A stretch of 64,000 bases of DNA, taken from contig JBDQFC010000006.1 in the NCBI GenBank assembly GCA_040266055.1, positions 28,561-92,560 of the forward strand, written 5' to 3'. The DNA comes from Candidatus Nanopelagicales bacterium (GTDB taxonomy: Bacteria; Actinomycetota; Actinomycetes; S36-B12). The translations under genes and the position numbers were made by a program. Of the stretch, positions 37,609 through 46,040 are shown one piece after another. Within the stretch, counting starts at the first letter, position 1. The number at the start of each line of letters is the position of its first letter. The notes below the pieces were generated by a model that was given only the letters and a program-made list of their open reading frames with translations, was not told the DNA's origin and made no database searches.

Positions 37609-38585
37609 GCAGTCCGGCAAGCGAGGCCCACGCGCGCACCACGATCGAGATCCCCAACTCTCAACCGATGGTTGCCCTGCTTGGTTCCAATGACGAGTAC
37701 CTGCGCCTGATCGAGAACGCCTTCCCAGACGTCGACGTCCTGGTCCGCGGCAACGAGATGACCCTCGACGGTTCGGCAGAGGACATCGGACTCATCGATT
37801 CCCTCATCGCGGAAATGCTCGCGATGCTTCGCACTGGGCAGGCGCTGACAGCCGAATCCGTCGAGCGATCCATCACCATGATGCGATCGGGAACTCGGCC
37901 TACCGAGGTCTTGACCGCGAACATCCTCAGTAACCGCGGGCGCACGATCCGACCCAAGACCCTGAACCAGAAGCGCTACGTCGATGCCATCGACAAGAAC
38001 ACCGTGGTGTTCGGCATCGGGCCAGCCGGAACGGGCAAGACCTACCTCGCGGTTGCCAAGGCGGTGCAAGCCCTGCAGGCCAAGCAGATCAACCGAATTG
38101 TCCTTACCCGCCCGGCGGTTGAGGCGGGGGAGCGTCTGGGCTTCCTGCCTGGAACGCTCAGCGAAAAGATCGATCCCTACCTGCGTCCGCTGTACGACGC
38201 CCTGCACGACATGATCGATCCGGACTCGATTCCGCGCTTGATCACGTCGGGCACTATCGAGATTGCACCGCTTGCCTACATGCGCGGCCGCACGCTCAAC
38301 GACGCCTTCGTGATCTTGGACGAGGCCCAGAACACTTCGGCCGAGCAGATGAAGATGTTCTTGACCCGCCTTGGCTTCGGCTCGACGATGGTTGTGACGG
38401 GCGACATCACCCAGGTGGATCTGCCCGGTGGCACCCAGAGCGGTTTGCGGGTGGTCAGTGAGATTCTCGAAGGGCTAGACGACGTCGGGTTCTGCCGACT
38501 CACCGCGCACGACGTTGTCCGCCACAAGTTGGTAGGCAAAATTGTCGAGGCCTATGACCGCTACGACGCAAAGCGACAACCATGA
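37605..38585 (+). CDS. phoH: PhoH-like ATPase
   Basis: ORF 37593..38585. The ATG at 37605 makes an ATGA overlap with the HIT stop. Walker A GPAGTGKTYLAV. ILDEAQN. Confidence 0.9.
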   Translation: MSSPASEAHARTTIEIPNSQPMVALLGSNDEYLRLIENAFPDVDVLVRGNEMTLDGSAEDIGLIDSLIAEMLAMLRTGQALTAESVERSITMMRSGTRPTEVLTANILSNRGRTIRPKTLNQKRYVDAIDKNTVVFGIGPAGTGKTYLAVAKAVQALQAKQINRIVLTRPAVEAGERLGFLPGTLSEKIDPYLRPLYDALHDMIDPDSIPRLITSGTIEIAPLAYMRGRTLNDAFVILDEAQNTSAEQMKMFLTRLGFGSTMVVTGDITQVDLPGGTQSGLRVVSEILEGLDDVGFCRLTAHDVVRHKLVGKIVEAYDRYDAKRQP

Positions 38586-39043
38586 CGCTGCCGAGTATCT
38601 CGGTCGACGACGACGCCGGCTCGCCGATCGACCTCAATGCCCTGAACGACCTAGCCGGCCATGTCATCGCCACCCTGCACGTCCATCCCGCATCCGAACT
38701 GGGAATCACGCTGGTCGATGTCGAGCGGATGACTACGCTGCACGAGGACTGGATGAACGAACCCGGTCCCACGGACGTCTTGAGTTTTCCCATCGACGAG
38801 CTAACTCCGGGCACGCAGGACCAACCGTCGGGACCCGGGATGCTCGGTGACATCGTCATCTGCCCGGACTTCGCCCAGGCCGACGCCAGCGCGGCTGGCC
38901 GAACACTGGATCAACACGTGCAGTTCCTCACCGTCCACGGATTACTGCATCTTCTGGGATACGACCACGCGACCGAGGAGGAATACGCGAGGATGTTCGC
39001 GCTGCAAGACGAACTACTCGACAGTTGGGGAGCCATGCGATGA
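38582..39043 (+). CDS. ybeY: rRNA maturation endoribonuclease YbeY
   Basis: 153 aa. ATGA overlap with phoH. Zinc motif HGLLHLLGYDH. Confidence 0.92.
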   Translation: MTLPSISVDDDAGSPIDLNALNDLAGHVIATLHVHPASELGITLVDVERMTTLHEDWMNEPGPTDVLSFPIDELTPGTQDQPSGPGMLGDIVICPDFAQADASAAGRTLDQHVQFLTVHGLLHLLGYDHATEEEYARMFALQDELLDSWGAMR

Positions 39044-40356
39044 ACATCTGGCTCCTGCTGCTCGCTATCGCCCTGATCCTCGTCTCCGGATTGCTCATCG
39101 CCGCTGAGACCGCCATTGCCCGTGTCTCGCGTAGCCGCATCGACGAGCTCCGCAGGGACGGCAACGGTAACGAGAAGCGCGCCGAACTGCTGTTGACGGT
39201 GCTCGAGGATCGCGCGCGATATGTGAACGTGCTGTTCCTGCTGTCCACCATTGCCAACGTCACCTCGGTGATCCTCATCGGATACGTGGCGGTGCGCGCG
39301 CTCACGTCAGGTGAGGGGTGGTCCAGTGGAATCGCACTCGTTGTTGTCATCGCCGTGATGGTGGTGGTCGCCTACATCGGTCTGGGTGTCGCGCCGCGCA
39401 CGCTCGGACGCCAACATGCCGACCGCATCGCCTTGATTGCCGCACGCCCGACGCGCTTCTTCGCCACGATTCTCGGTCCGATCACCACCTTGTTGATCGT
39501 CGTCGGCAACGCACTCACTCCAGGCAAGGGATTCCGCGAGGGTCCGTTCGACACGGCGGCCGAGCTTCGCGAGATGGTCGATCTCGCAGGAGCGGACGAT
39601 CTCATCGAGGACGCCGAGCGCAAGATGATCCACTCGGTGTTCGACCTCGGCGACACCTTCGCCCGCGAGGTGATGGTGCCTCGCACCGAGATGGTCTTCA
39701 TCGAGCGCAACAAAACACTCCGGCAAGCCATCTCCTTGAGCTTGCGCTCGGGCTTCTCCCGGATTCCGGTGATCGGTGAGAATGCCGACGACATCGTCGG
39801 TGTCATCTACCTCAAGGACATGGTGCGTCGAACCTTCGAACACCACGAGGCCGAGCGCGAGGAAAACGTGGAGTCGCTCATGCGCCCGACATCCTTCGTT
39901 CCCGATTCCAAGCCGGCCGATGAACTGCTGAAGGACATGCAGGCCGCGCGAGTCCATATGGCGATCGTGGTGGACGAGTACGGCGGCACGGCCGGACTCG
40001 TCACGATCGAGGACATCCTCGAGGAGATCGTCGGTGAGATCGCCGACGAATACGACACCGCGGCGCCCGAAGTCACCCAACTCGACGATGACCGCTACCG
40101 CGTGCTCGCTCGGATGAGCCTGGATGACTTCGCCGAACTCACCGGAATCGAGATCGACGAGGACGAGGGCGTGGACACCGTTCTAGGTCTCATGGCCAAG
40201 CGGCTAGGGCGTGTGCCGATCCCGGGCGCCGAGGTCACTGAGGACGGTTGGCAACTGGTGGCCGAACGCGGTGCGGGACGACGCAACCGAATCGGTGCGG
40301 TGCTCGCTACCCGGATCGCCGTTCCCGACGACGACGAAAGCGATGACGATGACTGA
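39040..40356 (+). CDS. CNNM/CorC-family membrane protein (DUF21 + 2 CBS + CorC_HlyC)
   Basis: ORF 39025..40356. The ATG at 39040 makes an ATGA overlap with ybeY. N-terminal TM domain, a CBS pair, a CorC C-terminal domain and an acidic tail. Confidence 0.85.
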   Translation: MNIWLLLLAIALILVSGLLIAAETAIARVSRSRIDELRRDGNGNEKRAELLLTVLEDRARYVNVLFLLSTIANVTSVILIGYVAVRALTSGEGWSSGIALVVVIAVMVVVAYIGLGVAPRTLGRQHADRIALIAARPTRFFATILGPITTLLIVVGNALTPGKGFREGPFDTAAELREMVDLAGADDLIEDAERKMIHSVFDLGDTFAREVMVPRTEMVFIERNKTLRQAISLSLRSGFSRIPVIGENADDIVGVIYLKDMVRRTFEHHEAEREENVESLMRPTSFVPDSKPADELLKDMQAARVHMAIVVDEYGGTAGLVTIEDILEEIVGEIADEYDTAAPEVTQLDDDRYRVLARMSLDDFAELTGIEIDEDEGVDTVLGLMAKRLGRVPIPGAEVTEDGWQLVAERGAGRRNRIGAVLATRIAVPDDDESDDDD

Positions 40357-40696
40357 CGTCAGTGACGAGGACGCCAAGCTCGTCGCGCTCGCCCGGCAGG
40401 CGAGGGGACGAATCCAGGCGCCCGAGGGGGCGGCTGTCCGCGATGAGACCGGTCGCTCGTACTCGGGCGCGACTATTGAGTTGTCATCAACCGAGCTCAC
40501 AGCACTCCAGCTCGCCGTTGCCCAGGCATACGCTGCAGGAGCCCGAGACATCGAGGCGGCAGTGGTCGTCTCGAAGAACGATGACGTCTCTGCGATCGAC
40601 ACCCGACCGATATCCGAAGTCGCCTCGACGTCCACGCCACTGTTCTTGTGCTCAGTACGTGGTGACGTTGTTGCATCGGCTACCGTCGAGACGTGA
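40343..40696 (+). CDS. Cytidine-deaminase-fold-like protein lacking visible zinc ligands
   Basis: ORF 40211..40696. The ATG at 40343 (or 40349) overlaps the CNNM stop. VALARQARGR...AAVRDETGRSYSGATIE...ALQLAVAQA resembles CDA-like proteins found between the CBS protein and era in actinobacteria. No (H/C)AE or PCxxC motif is present. Confidence 0.5.
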   Translation: MTMTDVSDEDAKLVALARQARGRIQAPEGAAVRDETGRSYSGATIELSSTELTALQLAVAQAYAAGARDIEAAVVVSKNDDVSAIDTRPISEVASTSTPLFLCSVRGDVVASATVET

Positions 40697-41412
40697 AAAT
40701 CACCGACTTCGAGGCACTTAGTTTTGACTGCTACGGCACCCTCATCGACTGGGAGGCCGGCATCGGCTCGGTGCTTAGGGATTGGGCCGATCGTCGCGGG
40801 TTGGAGATAACCACCGAGGACCTACTCGTGGCCTACGCGGGCCAAGAGGCCGAAGCCGCTCGTAACCACCCGACCGATCCATACCCCTCAATCCTTTCGC
40901 GGGCCATGCGCGCACTGGGCAAGCAGCTCGACGCCGAAGTCTCATTCGATGATTCGCACGCTCTTGCCACATCGGTGCCGAATTGGCCCGCGTTTCCCGA
41001 CTCTGCGGAGGCCCTCCAGCGTCTGGCTAAGCACTCCAAACTCATCATCGTGTCCAATATCGACAACGAATCCTTCGCGGCGAGCAACGAGAAACTCGAC
41101 GTGACATTCGACGCCGTCATCACCGCCGAAGACGTCGGCTCCTATAAGCCCGCTCCCGCGCACTTCGATTCACTCGACCATCGGGTCGACACTATGGGCA
41201 TCCCGCGCGACAAACTCCTGCACGTTGCCCAGAGCCTGTTTCACGATCATGTGCCCGCCAAGGGCCGCGGTATGACCACGGTGTGGATCAATCGCCGGCA
41301 TGCCGACCCGGGCTGGGGTGCCACACCCAACCCGCAGGCCGATGTCACTCCAAATTGGACCTTCACCTCGATGGCCGAGTTCGCCGATGCCGTCGAGTCA
41401 GGACGGGTATGA
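40693..41412 (+). CDS. HAD-superfamily hydrolase (haloacid dehalogenase type II-like)
   Basis: 239 aa. GTGA overlap upstream. Motif I FDCYGTLIDWE, later VSNID, and a C-terminal DHVPAKGRGM. Confidence 0.8.
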   Translation: MKITDFEALSFDCYGTLIDWEAGIGSVLRDWADRRGLEITTEDLLVAYAGQEAEAARNHPTDPYPSILSRAMRALGKQLDAEVSFDDSHALATSVPNWPAFPDSAEALQRLAKHSKLIIVSNIDNESFAASNEKLDVTFDAVITAEDVGSYKPAPAHFDSLDHRVDTMGIPRDKLLHVAQSLFHDHVPAKGRGMTTVWINRRHADPGWGATPNPQADVTPNWTFTSMAEFADAVESGRV

Positions 41413-42338
41413 CCGACGTCGAACAGGCGCAGCACCGCAGTGGCTTCGCGACATTCGTAGGACGCCCGAACGCGGGCAAGTCCACGCTCATGAACGCGAT
41501 CGTGGGCACCAAGCTCGCGATCACTTCGGATCGACCGCAGACCACGCGACGGACCATTCGCGGCATCGTCAACCGCGACGACGGTCAATTGATCATCGTC
41601 GACACCCCTGGCATGCACCGTCCTCGCACGCTGCTCGGGGAGCGGCTCAACGATCAGGTGCACGAGACCCTCGCAGATGTGGACGTGATCGGTCTGTGCT
41701 TACCGGCAACGGAAGATATCGGCCCGGGGGACCGGTTCATCGCCGAGCAGATCGCGAAGTCCAAGGCGATCAAGTTCGCGATCATCACCAAGACCGACAC
41801 GGCCAATCCGGATCGCGTTGCCGAGCAACTAATGCAAGCCCAAGCCCTCGCTGATCAACTCGGTATCGAGTTCACGCAGATCGTTCCGGTCTCAGCCAGC
41901 ACTGGCAGCAACGTTCCGCTGCTCACCGATCTACTCGTCGACGCCCTCCCGGCAGGCCCGAGCCTCTACCCGGACGACGAAGTAACCGACGAGCCCATCG
42001 ACATCACCATCGCCGAATACATCCGAGAGGCAGCACTCAAAGAAGCACGCGAGGAGTTGCCGCACAGCATCGCCGTGGTGGTCGAGGAGATCGTGCCCCG
42101 CGAGGACCGCCCCGAGGGCAAGCCCCTGACCGACGTCCGTGCGGACATCTACGTCGAGCGCGACAGCCAGAAGGCAATCGTTATCGGCAAGAAGGGTTCA
42201 CGGCTTCGCGAAATTGGTGCAACATCCAGGCCCCACATCGAGCGCCTCCTGGGGACCCCGGTCTTCCTCGACCTCCACGTCAAGCTCGCCAAGGACTGGC
42301 AGAAGGACCCCAAGCAACTCCGCCGGCTCGGCTTCTAA
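41409..42338 (+). CDS. era: GTPase Era
   Basis: ORF 41283..42338. The ATG at 41409 makes an ATGA overlap with the HAD gene. G1 motif GRPNAGKSTL, DTPG, and a C-terminal KH domain. Confidence 0.95.
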   Translation: MTDVEQAQHRSGFATFVGRPNAGKSTLMNAIVGTKLAITSDRPQTTRRTIRGIVNRDDGQLIIVDTPGMHRPRTLLGERLNDQVHETLADVDVIGLCLPATEDIGPGDRFIAEQIAKSKAIKFAIITKTDTANPDRVAEQLMQAQALADQLGIEFTQIVPVSASTGSNVPLLTDLLVDALPAGPSLYPDDEVTDEPIDITIAEYIREAALKEAREELPHSIAVVVEEIVPREDRPEGKPLTDVRADIYVERDSQKAIVIGKKGSRLREIGATSRPHIERLLGTPVFLDLHVKLAKDWQKDPKQLRRLGF

Positions 42339-42352
42339 CCGACAGATGCAGA

Positions 42353-42382
42353 TTTACATATTTCGTGATTGCTGCATACGGT
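42353..42382 (+). promoter_or_regulatory. Candidate promoter/operator of the orphan antitoxin (AT-rich)
   Basis: TTTACA(42353-58)-N18-TACGGT(42377-82, TANNNT) would start transcription close to the ATG at 42389, i.e. leaderless. Inverted repeat ATGCAG(42346-51)/CTGCAT(42372-77) and palindrome TGCATGCA (42382-89). Confidence 0.35.
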
Positions 42383-42388
42383 GCATGC

Positions 42389-42622
42389 ATGAGAGTGACG
42401 CTGGATCTTGACGACAGGCTCTTTGCGCGAGTCAAGCTTCTCGCGGCAGAAAGCGATCAAACGGTCGACTCTGTTGTCGAAGAGGCGCTGAAGAGCCTCT
42501 TGGTCGAGCGCTCCCAGCTGCGTCGACGCGTGCAACTTCCCCAGTCGATAGAGACAGGCTGGGTTCGATCTGGCGTTGACATCAACGACTCGAGCGCAGT
42601 GCGTGAACTTCTGGATTCCTGA
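42389..42622 (+). CDS. Type II antitoxin, VapB-like
   Basis: ORF 42365..42622. MRVTLDLDDRLFARVKLLAAESDQTVDSVVEEALKSLL is the common VapB-type N-terminus. The stop overlaps the ATG of a PIN remnant. Confidence 0.65.
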   Translation: MRVTLDLDDRLFARVKLLAAESDQTVDSVVEEALKSLLVERSQLRRRVQLPQSIETGWVRSGVDINDSSAVRELLDS

Positions 42623-42767
42623 TGCTGACTGATGCCGTGAGCGTCGCCAAGTGATCGATCGCGATGCAGCGATCGCAACCTTCGACCGAGGATTCGTACG
42701 ATTTCCCGGTCTCCGGGATTTGACTGGACGGGGCTCAGCGTCAGCCCCGATGTTTGAACTCGAATAG
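42622..42767 (+). pseudogene. Decayed vapC (PIN toxin) remnant
   Basis: ATG at 42622 (TGATG overlap) gives MLTDAVSVAK then a stop at 42652-54. A different frame from 42651 reads VIDRDAAIATFDRGFVRFPGLRDL, a typical PIN C-terminus. Only ~145 nt remain where ~390 nt would be expected. Confidence 0.5.
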
Positions 42768-43187
42768 CCATTCCGTTGATCCGGAGGTGCGCAACTCAGT
42801 CAGCCGGGCCTTAGCGTCTTCGGTCGTTGGGATCTCACCCTCAGCCACGTACCAGCAGACGGTCATGGGTTCGAGCGCGCGGTGGAACCACTCGGCTCGT
42901 CGTTTCATCACTCCCCGGTGGCCGGGGTCATCGATTACGAATGCCCGAAGTGCGTCCAAGTCCCGCCACACCGACATGTTCACCAGCAGGTCAGCCGTTT
43001 CTGGATCGTCGCCGGACAACCTAACGCCCAGGGCTCCGTCACCATCGTCATCGCGTAGCCGCCAGATGAAGCCGTCGGCTGCCTCGGCTGCAGCGTTCAC
43101 TTCCGCGATCATCGACACGAAGTCAGCCATCTCGGCTGACGTCAACGGGTGCTTCGCGCGAGCAAGGTTCAACTGGGCGAGCGGCAC
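42741..43187 (-). CDS. DUF3291 domain protein
   Basis: 148 aa. MPLAQLNLARAKHPLTSAEMADFVSMIAEVNAAAEAADGFIWRL resembles the DUF3291 family as I recall it. GTG start sharing 1 nt with the stop of the upstream permease. Confidence 0.6.
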   Translation of the reverse strand: MPLAQLNLARAKHPLTSAEMADFVSMIAEVNAAAEAADGFIWRLRDDDGDGALGVRLSGDDPETADLLVNMSVWRDLDALRAFVIDDPGHRGVMKRRAEWFHRALEPMTVCWYVAEGEIPTTEDAKARLTELRTSGSTEWLFEFKHRG

Positions 43188-44326
43188 TAGATCCGCTTAT
43201 CGAGATCTGGGTGCAGTTCGTAGCGTCGGCCGTACGTTTCGACGATGGCGATAATGATGGCCACAAGTGGGATACCGATGATCGCTCCTATCGGCCCGAA
43301 GAGTGCTGCGCCGATGAACACGGCGGCCAAGGCGACGCCGGAATTGATATCCATCGTGGCTGTGGAGATCCGTGGCGTGAAGATGTAGTTCTCGATCTGC
43401 TGGTAGATGGTTGCGAAGATGACGATCCACAGCACATCCCACGGATCGTTGAAGGCAGCGAAGAACGCCGGGACGATGATTCCGATGTAGGTGCCGATCG
43501 TGGGAATGAACTGGCTTACAAAGCCAGCGAAGATGCCCATCGGTAGCCAGTAGGGAACATCGATGATCCAGAAGAAGGCAATGTGTGCTGCGGCAGATAT
43601 TGACGCCAACGCCAGTTTGGAAATGACAAAGCCACCGGCTTTGCGAACGGAGATGTCCCAGACATCAATGAAGAGCACCTGGCGATCCGGTCGCAGCCAC
43701 GACGCCAGGAATCGCTTGATGCGGGGAGCCGATGCGGAGAAGTAGAAGCTGAAGACGATCACGGTCAGGAGCGAGAAGATCGCCCCGAACACGCTGGAGA
43801 TGACGCCGAGGATCCCGCCCGCGAGAGAACCTGCGATGTCGGCGATCTGCTGAGTAGTGAGGTTCAGGTTTGCGGTGATGTCGGCCGGGTCGATGCCCGC
43901 ATCGAAGGTTCCATTCAGCCAGGACACCAGGTCGAGCACAACAAATGGAACGCTCAAGACCAAGGCGGTGGCCTGTGCCGCGAGCGCGCCTCCGAAGAGG
44001 AACAGGAACAAGCCGATGCCGAGCGTGACGCTTAGCGCGACGATCGTGGTCGCCAGGGCCCTCGGCATCCCGCGGCGGGTGAGGCCGGTAACGAGCGGGT
44101 CGAAGGAAATAGCCAGGAGCCAGGCGAGCAGGATGTTGAACAAGAAGCCGGCGAGGCGAAGTGCCGTCCACTCGAAGACCTGGAAGATGACGATCCCAAC
44201 CAGGATGATCAAAACGGTCTTACGAAGGAACTTCGGATCCAAGGCGACCATCTGGACTGATCGGCGAGGAGTCACCTCATCGTCCCCGCGGATCGGCACG
44301 TCCGGCGGCGACGGATCCTCGGACAT
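43187..44326 (-). CDS. AI-2E family transporter (PerM/YhhT-like permease)
   Basis: 379 aa, ~8 TM helices. Motif region FIPTIGTYIGIIVPAFFA...IENYIFTPRI. Confidence 0.8.
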   Translation of the reverse strand: MSEDPSPPDVPIRGDDEVTPRRSVQMVALDPKFLRKTVLIILVGIVIFQVFEWTALRLAGFLFNILLAWLLAISFDPLVTGLTRRGMPRALATTIVALSVTLGIGLFLFLFGGALAAQATALVLSVPFVVLDLVSWLNGTFDAGIDPADITANLNLTTQQIADIAGSLAGGILGVISSVFGAIFSLLTVIVFSFYFSASAPRIKRFLASWLRPDRQVLFIDVWDISVRKAGGFVISKLALASISAAAHIAFFWIIDVPYWLPMGIFAGFVSQFIPTIGTYIGIIVPAFFAAFNDPWDVLWIVIFATIYQQIENYIFTPRISTATMDINSGVALAAVFIGAALFGPIGAIIGIPLVAIIIAIVETYGRRYELHPDLDKRI

Positions 44327-44384
44327 TCGAATCCTCCCGGGCGCGCCATCTGCGTGCAGTACTTCCAGCCGGTGAGAATGTACC

Positions 44385-45116
44385 GTGCCAACCTACCGTG
44401 ATGAGGGAATTGTGCTTCGCACCCAGAAACTGGGCGAGGCCGATCGCATCATCACGCTTCTCACTCGGCGCAACGGTCGCGTTCGCGCGGTTGCCCGTGG
44501 AGTGCGCAAGACCTCCAGTCGCATCGGAGCTCGGCTCGAGCCCTTCAACCACGTGGACGTGCAGTTCTACGAAGGCAGATCCTTGGACAACGTCACTCAG
44601 GTCGAGACCATCGATCCAATCGGTGGGCGCCTCGCCGACGATTACGCCAAGTGGACGTCGGGTACGGCAATGCTCGAAACGGCCGAACGGCTTACCTCAG
44701 AGGAGCGTGAACCGAGTGTTCAGCAGTACGCGCTCCTGGTATCGGGCCTGCGGTCGATGGCAGCCGGTGAACACGAGCCAACCCTGATCCTCGACTCCTA
44801 CCTCCTGCGATCACTCGCGGTGGCCGGGTGGTCGCCCTCCTTCGATGAGTGCGCCCGCTGCGCCGAGCCAGGACCCCACCGAGCCTTCAACGTCCAGGCC
44901 GGCGGGATGGTCTGCGGCAACTGCCGTCCTCCAGGAAGTGCGGCGCCAAGCCCGCTCGCCGTTGCTCTCCTGGGTGCGCTCTTGGCGGGCGACTGGGAAG
45001 TCGCCGACGCGGCCGAGACAAGAGAGCGCAATGAAGCCAGCGGGCTGGTAGCCGCCTTCCTTCAATGGCATATCGAGCGGGGCCTGCGCTCCCTTCCTCT
45101 CGTCGATCGAACATGA
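44385..45116 (+). CDS. recO: DNA repair protein RecO
   Basis: 243 aa. [22 protein letters not shown]. Zinc motif CARC...CGNC. Confidence 0.92.
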   Translation: MPTYRDEGIVLRTQKLGEADRIITLLTRRNGRVRAVARGVRKTSSRIGARLEPFNHVDVQFYEGRSLDNVTQVETIDPIGGRLADDYAKWTSGTAMLETAERLTSEEREPSVQQYALLVSGLRSMAAGEHEPTLILDSYLLRSLAVAGWSPSFDECARCAEPGPHRAFNVQAGGMVCGNCRPPGSAAPSPLAVALLGALLAGDWEVADAAETRERNEASGLVAAFLQWHIERGLRSLPLVDRT

Positions 45117-45144
45117 GCTCTACTCGATCTGTGAAGATGACCTG

Positions 45145-45945
45145 ATGGCCCGCCGGAAGAAGACCCCTCAACGGCAACCCACGCCGCACCCGTCGGGTGC
45201 CAAACCACCGCAACTTCCCGAGGACCTGATTCCCAAACACGTTGCGATCGTGATGGATGGCAACGGCCGCTGGGCCAAGGAACGTGACCTTCCACGCACC
45301 AAGGGCCACGAGATGGGTGAAGCGAGTCTGCTCGATTGCGTGCACGGTGCGATCGAACTAGGCATCACGCATATCTCTGCCTACGCCTTCAGCACCGAGA
45401 ACTGGAAGCGCTCACCGGATGAAGTGAAATTCCTGATGGGATTCAATCGCGACGTCATACGCAGACGCCGCGATGAGATGAACGAACTCGGTGTTCGAGT
45501 TCGATGGGCAGGACGACGCAAGCGACTATGGAAGTCGGTTATCGATGAACTCGAGACAGCCGAGGAACTCACTAAGGACAACAACACGCTAACTCTCACG
45601 ATGTGCGTTAACTACGGCGGTCGCGCTGAGATCGCCGATGCTGCGAAGAAGATCGCCGACGACGTCAATGCGAAGAGGCTCGACCCGGACAAGATTGACG
45701 AGCGCCTGTTTGCCAAGTACCTCGACGAACCCGACATGCCCGATGTCGACCTATTCGTTCGCTCATCGGGTGAGCAGCGCACCTCTAACTTCCTGATCTG
45801 GCAGTCCGCCTACGCCGAGATGGTGTTCCTCGACACCCTGTGGCCGGACTTCGATCGCCGGCACCTGTGGCACGCCTGCGAGATCTACGCCTCCCGGGAC
45901 CGCCGCTACGGAGGAGCGGTCCCGAACTTTGTTCCAAAATCCTGA
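45145..45945 (+). CDS. uppS: Isoprenyl (undecaprenyl/decaprenyl-type) diphosphate synthase
   Basis: 266 aa. [36 protein letters not shown]. Confidence 0.93.
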   Translation: MARRKKTPQRQPTPHPSGAKPPQLPEDLIPKHVAIVMDGNGRWAKERDLPRTKGHEMGEASLLDCVHGAIELGITHISAYAFSTENWKRSPDEVKFLMGFNRDVIRRRRDEMNELGVRVRWAGRRKRLWKSVIDELETAEELTKDNNTLTLTMCVNYGGRAEIADAAKKIADDVNAKRLDPDKIDERLFAKYLDEPDMPDVDLFVRSSGEQRTSNFLIWQSAYAEMVFLDTLWPDFDRRHLWHACEIYASRDRRYGGAVPNFVPKS

Positions 45946-46040
45946 GTAGCTGGGGTCCTAGCACCCCGGTTCGCGCGAATTCGATGCCCGACTGTGCTGT
46001 GTATGGCACGGTTCAAAGGTAGGCAACGGAAGGTGAACCT

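Noticed and set aside
35241-37620. Two very long minus-strand ORFs (35241..36434, 397 aa; 36469..37620, 383 aa)
   Set aside because: They lie fully antisense to dnaJ and to rsmE/HIT, which carry unambiguous motifs (J domain, CxxCxGxG, HxHxH). The antisense translations are compositionally odd (Ala/Gly/Arg/Ser-rich) with no recognisable domains.
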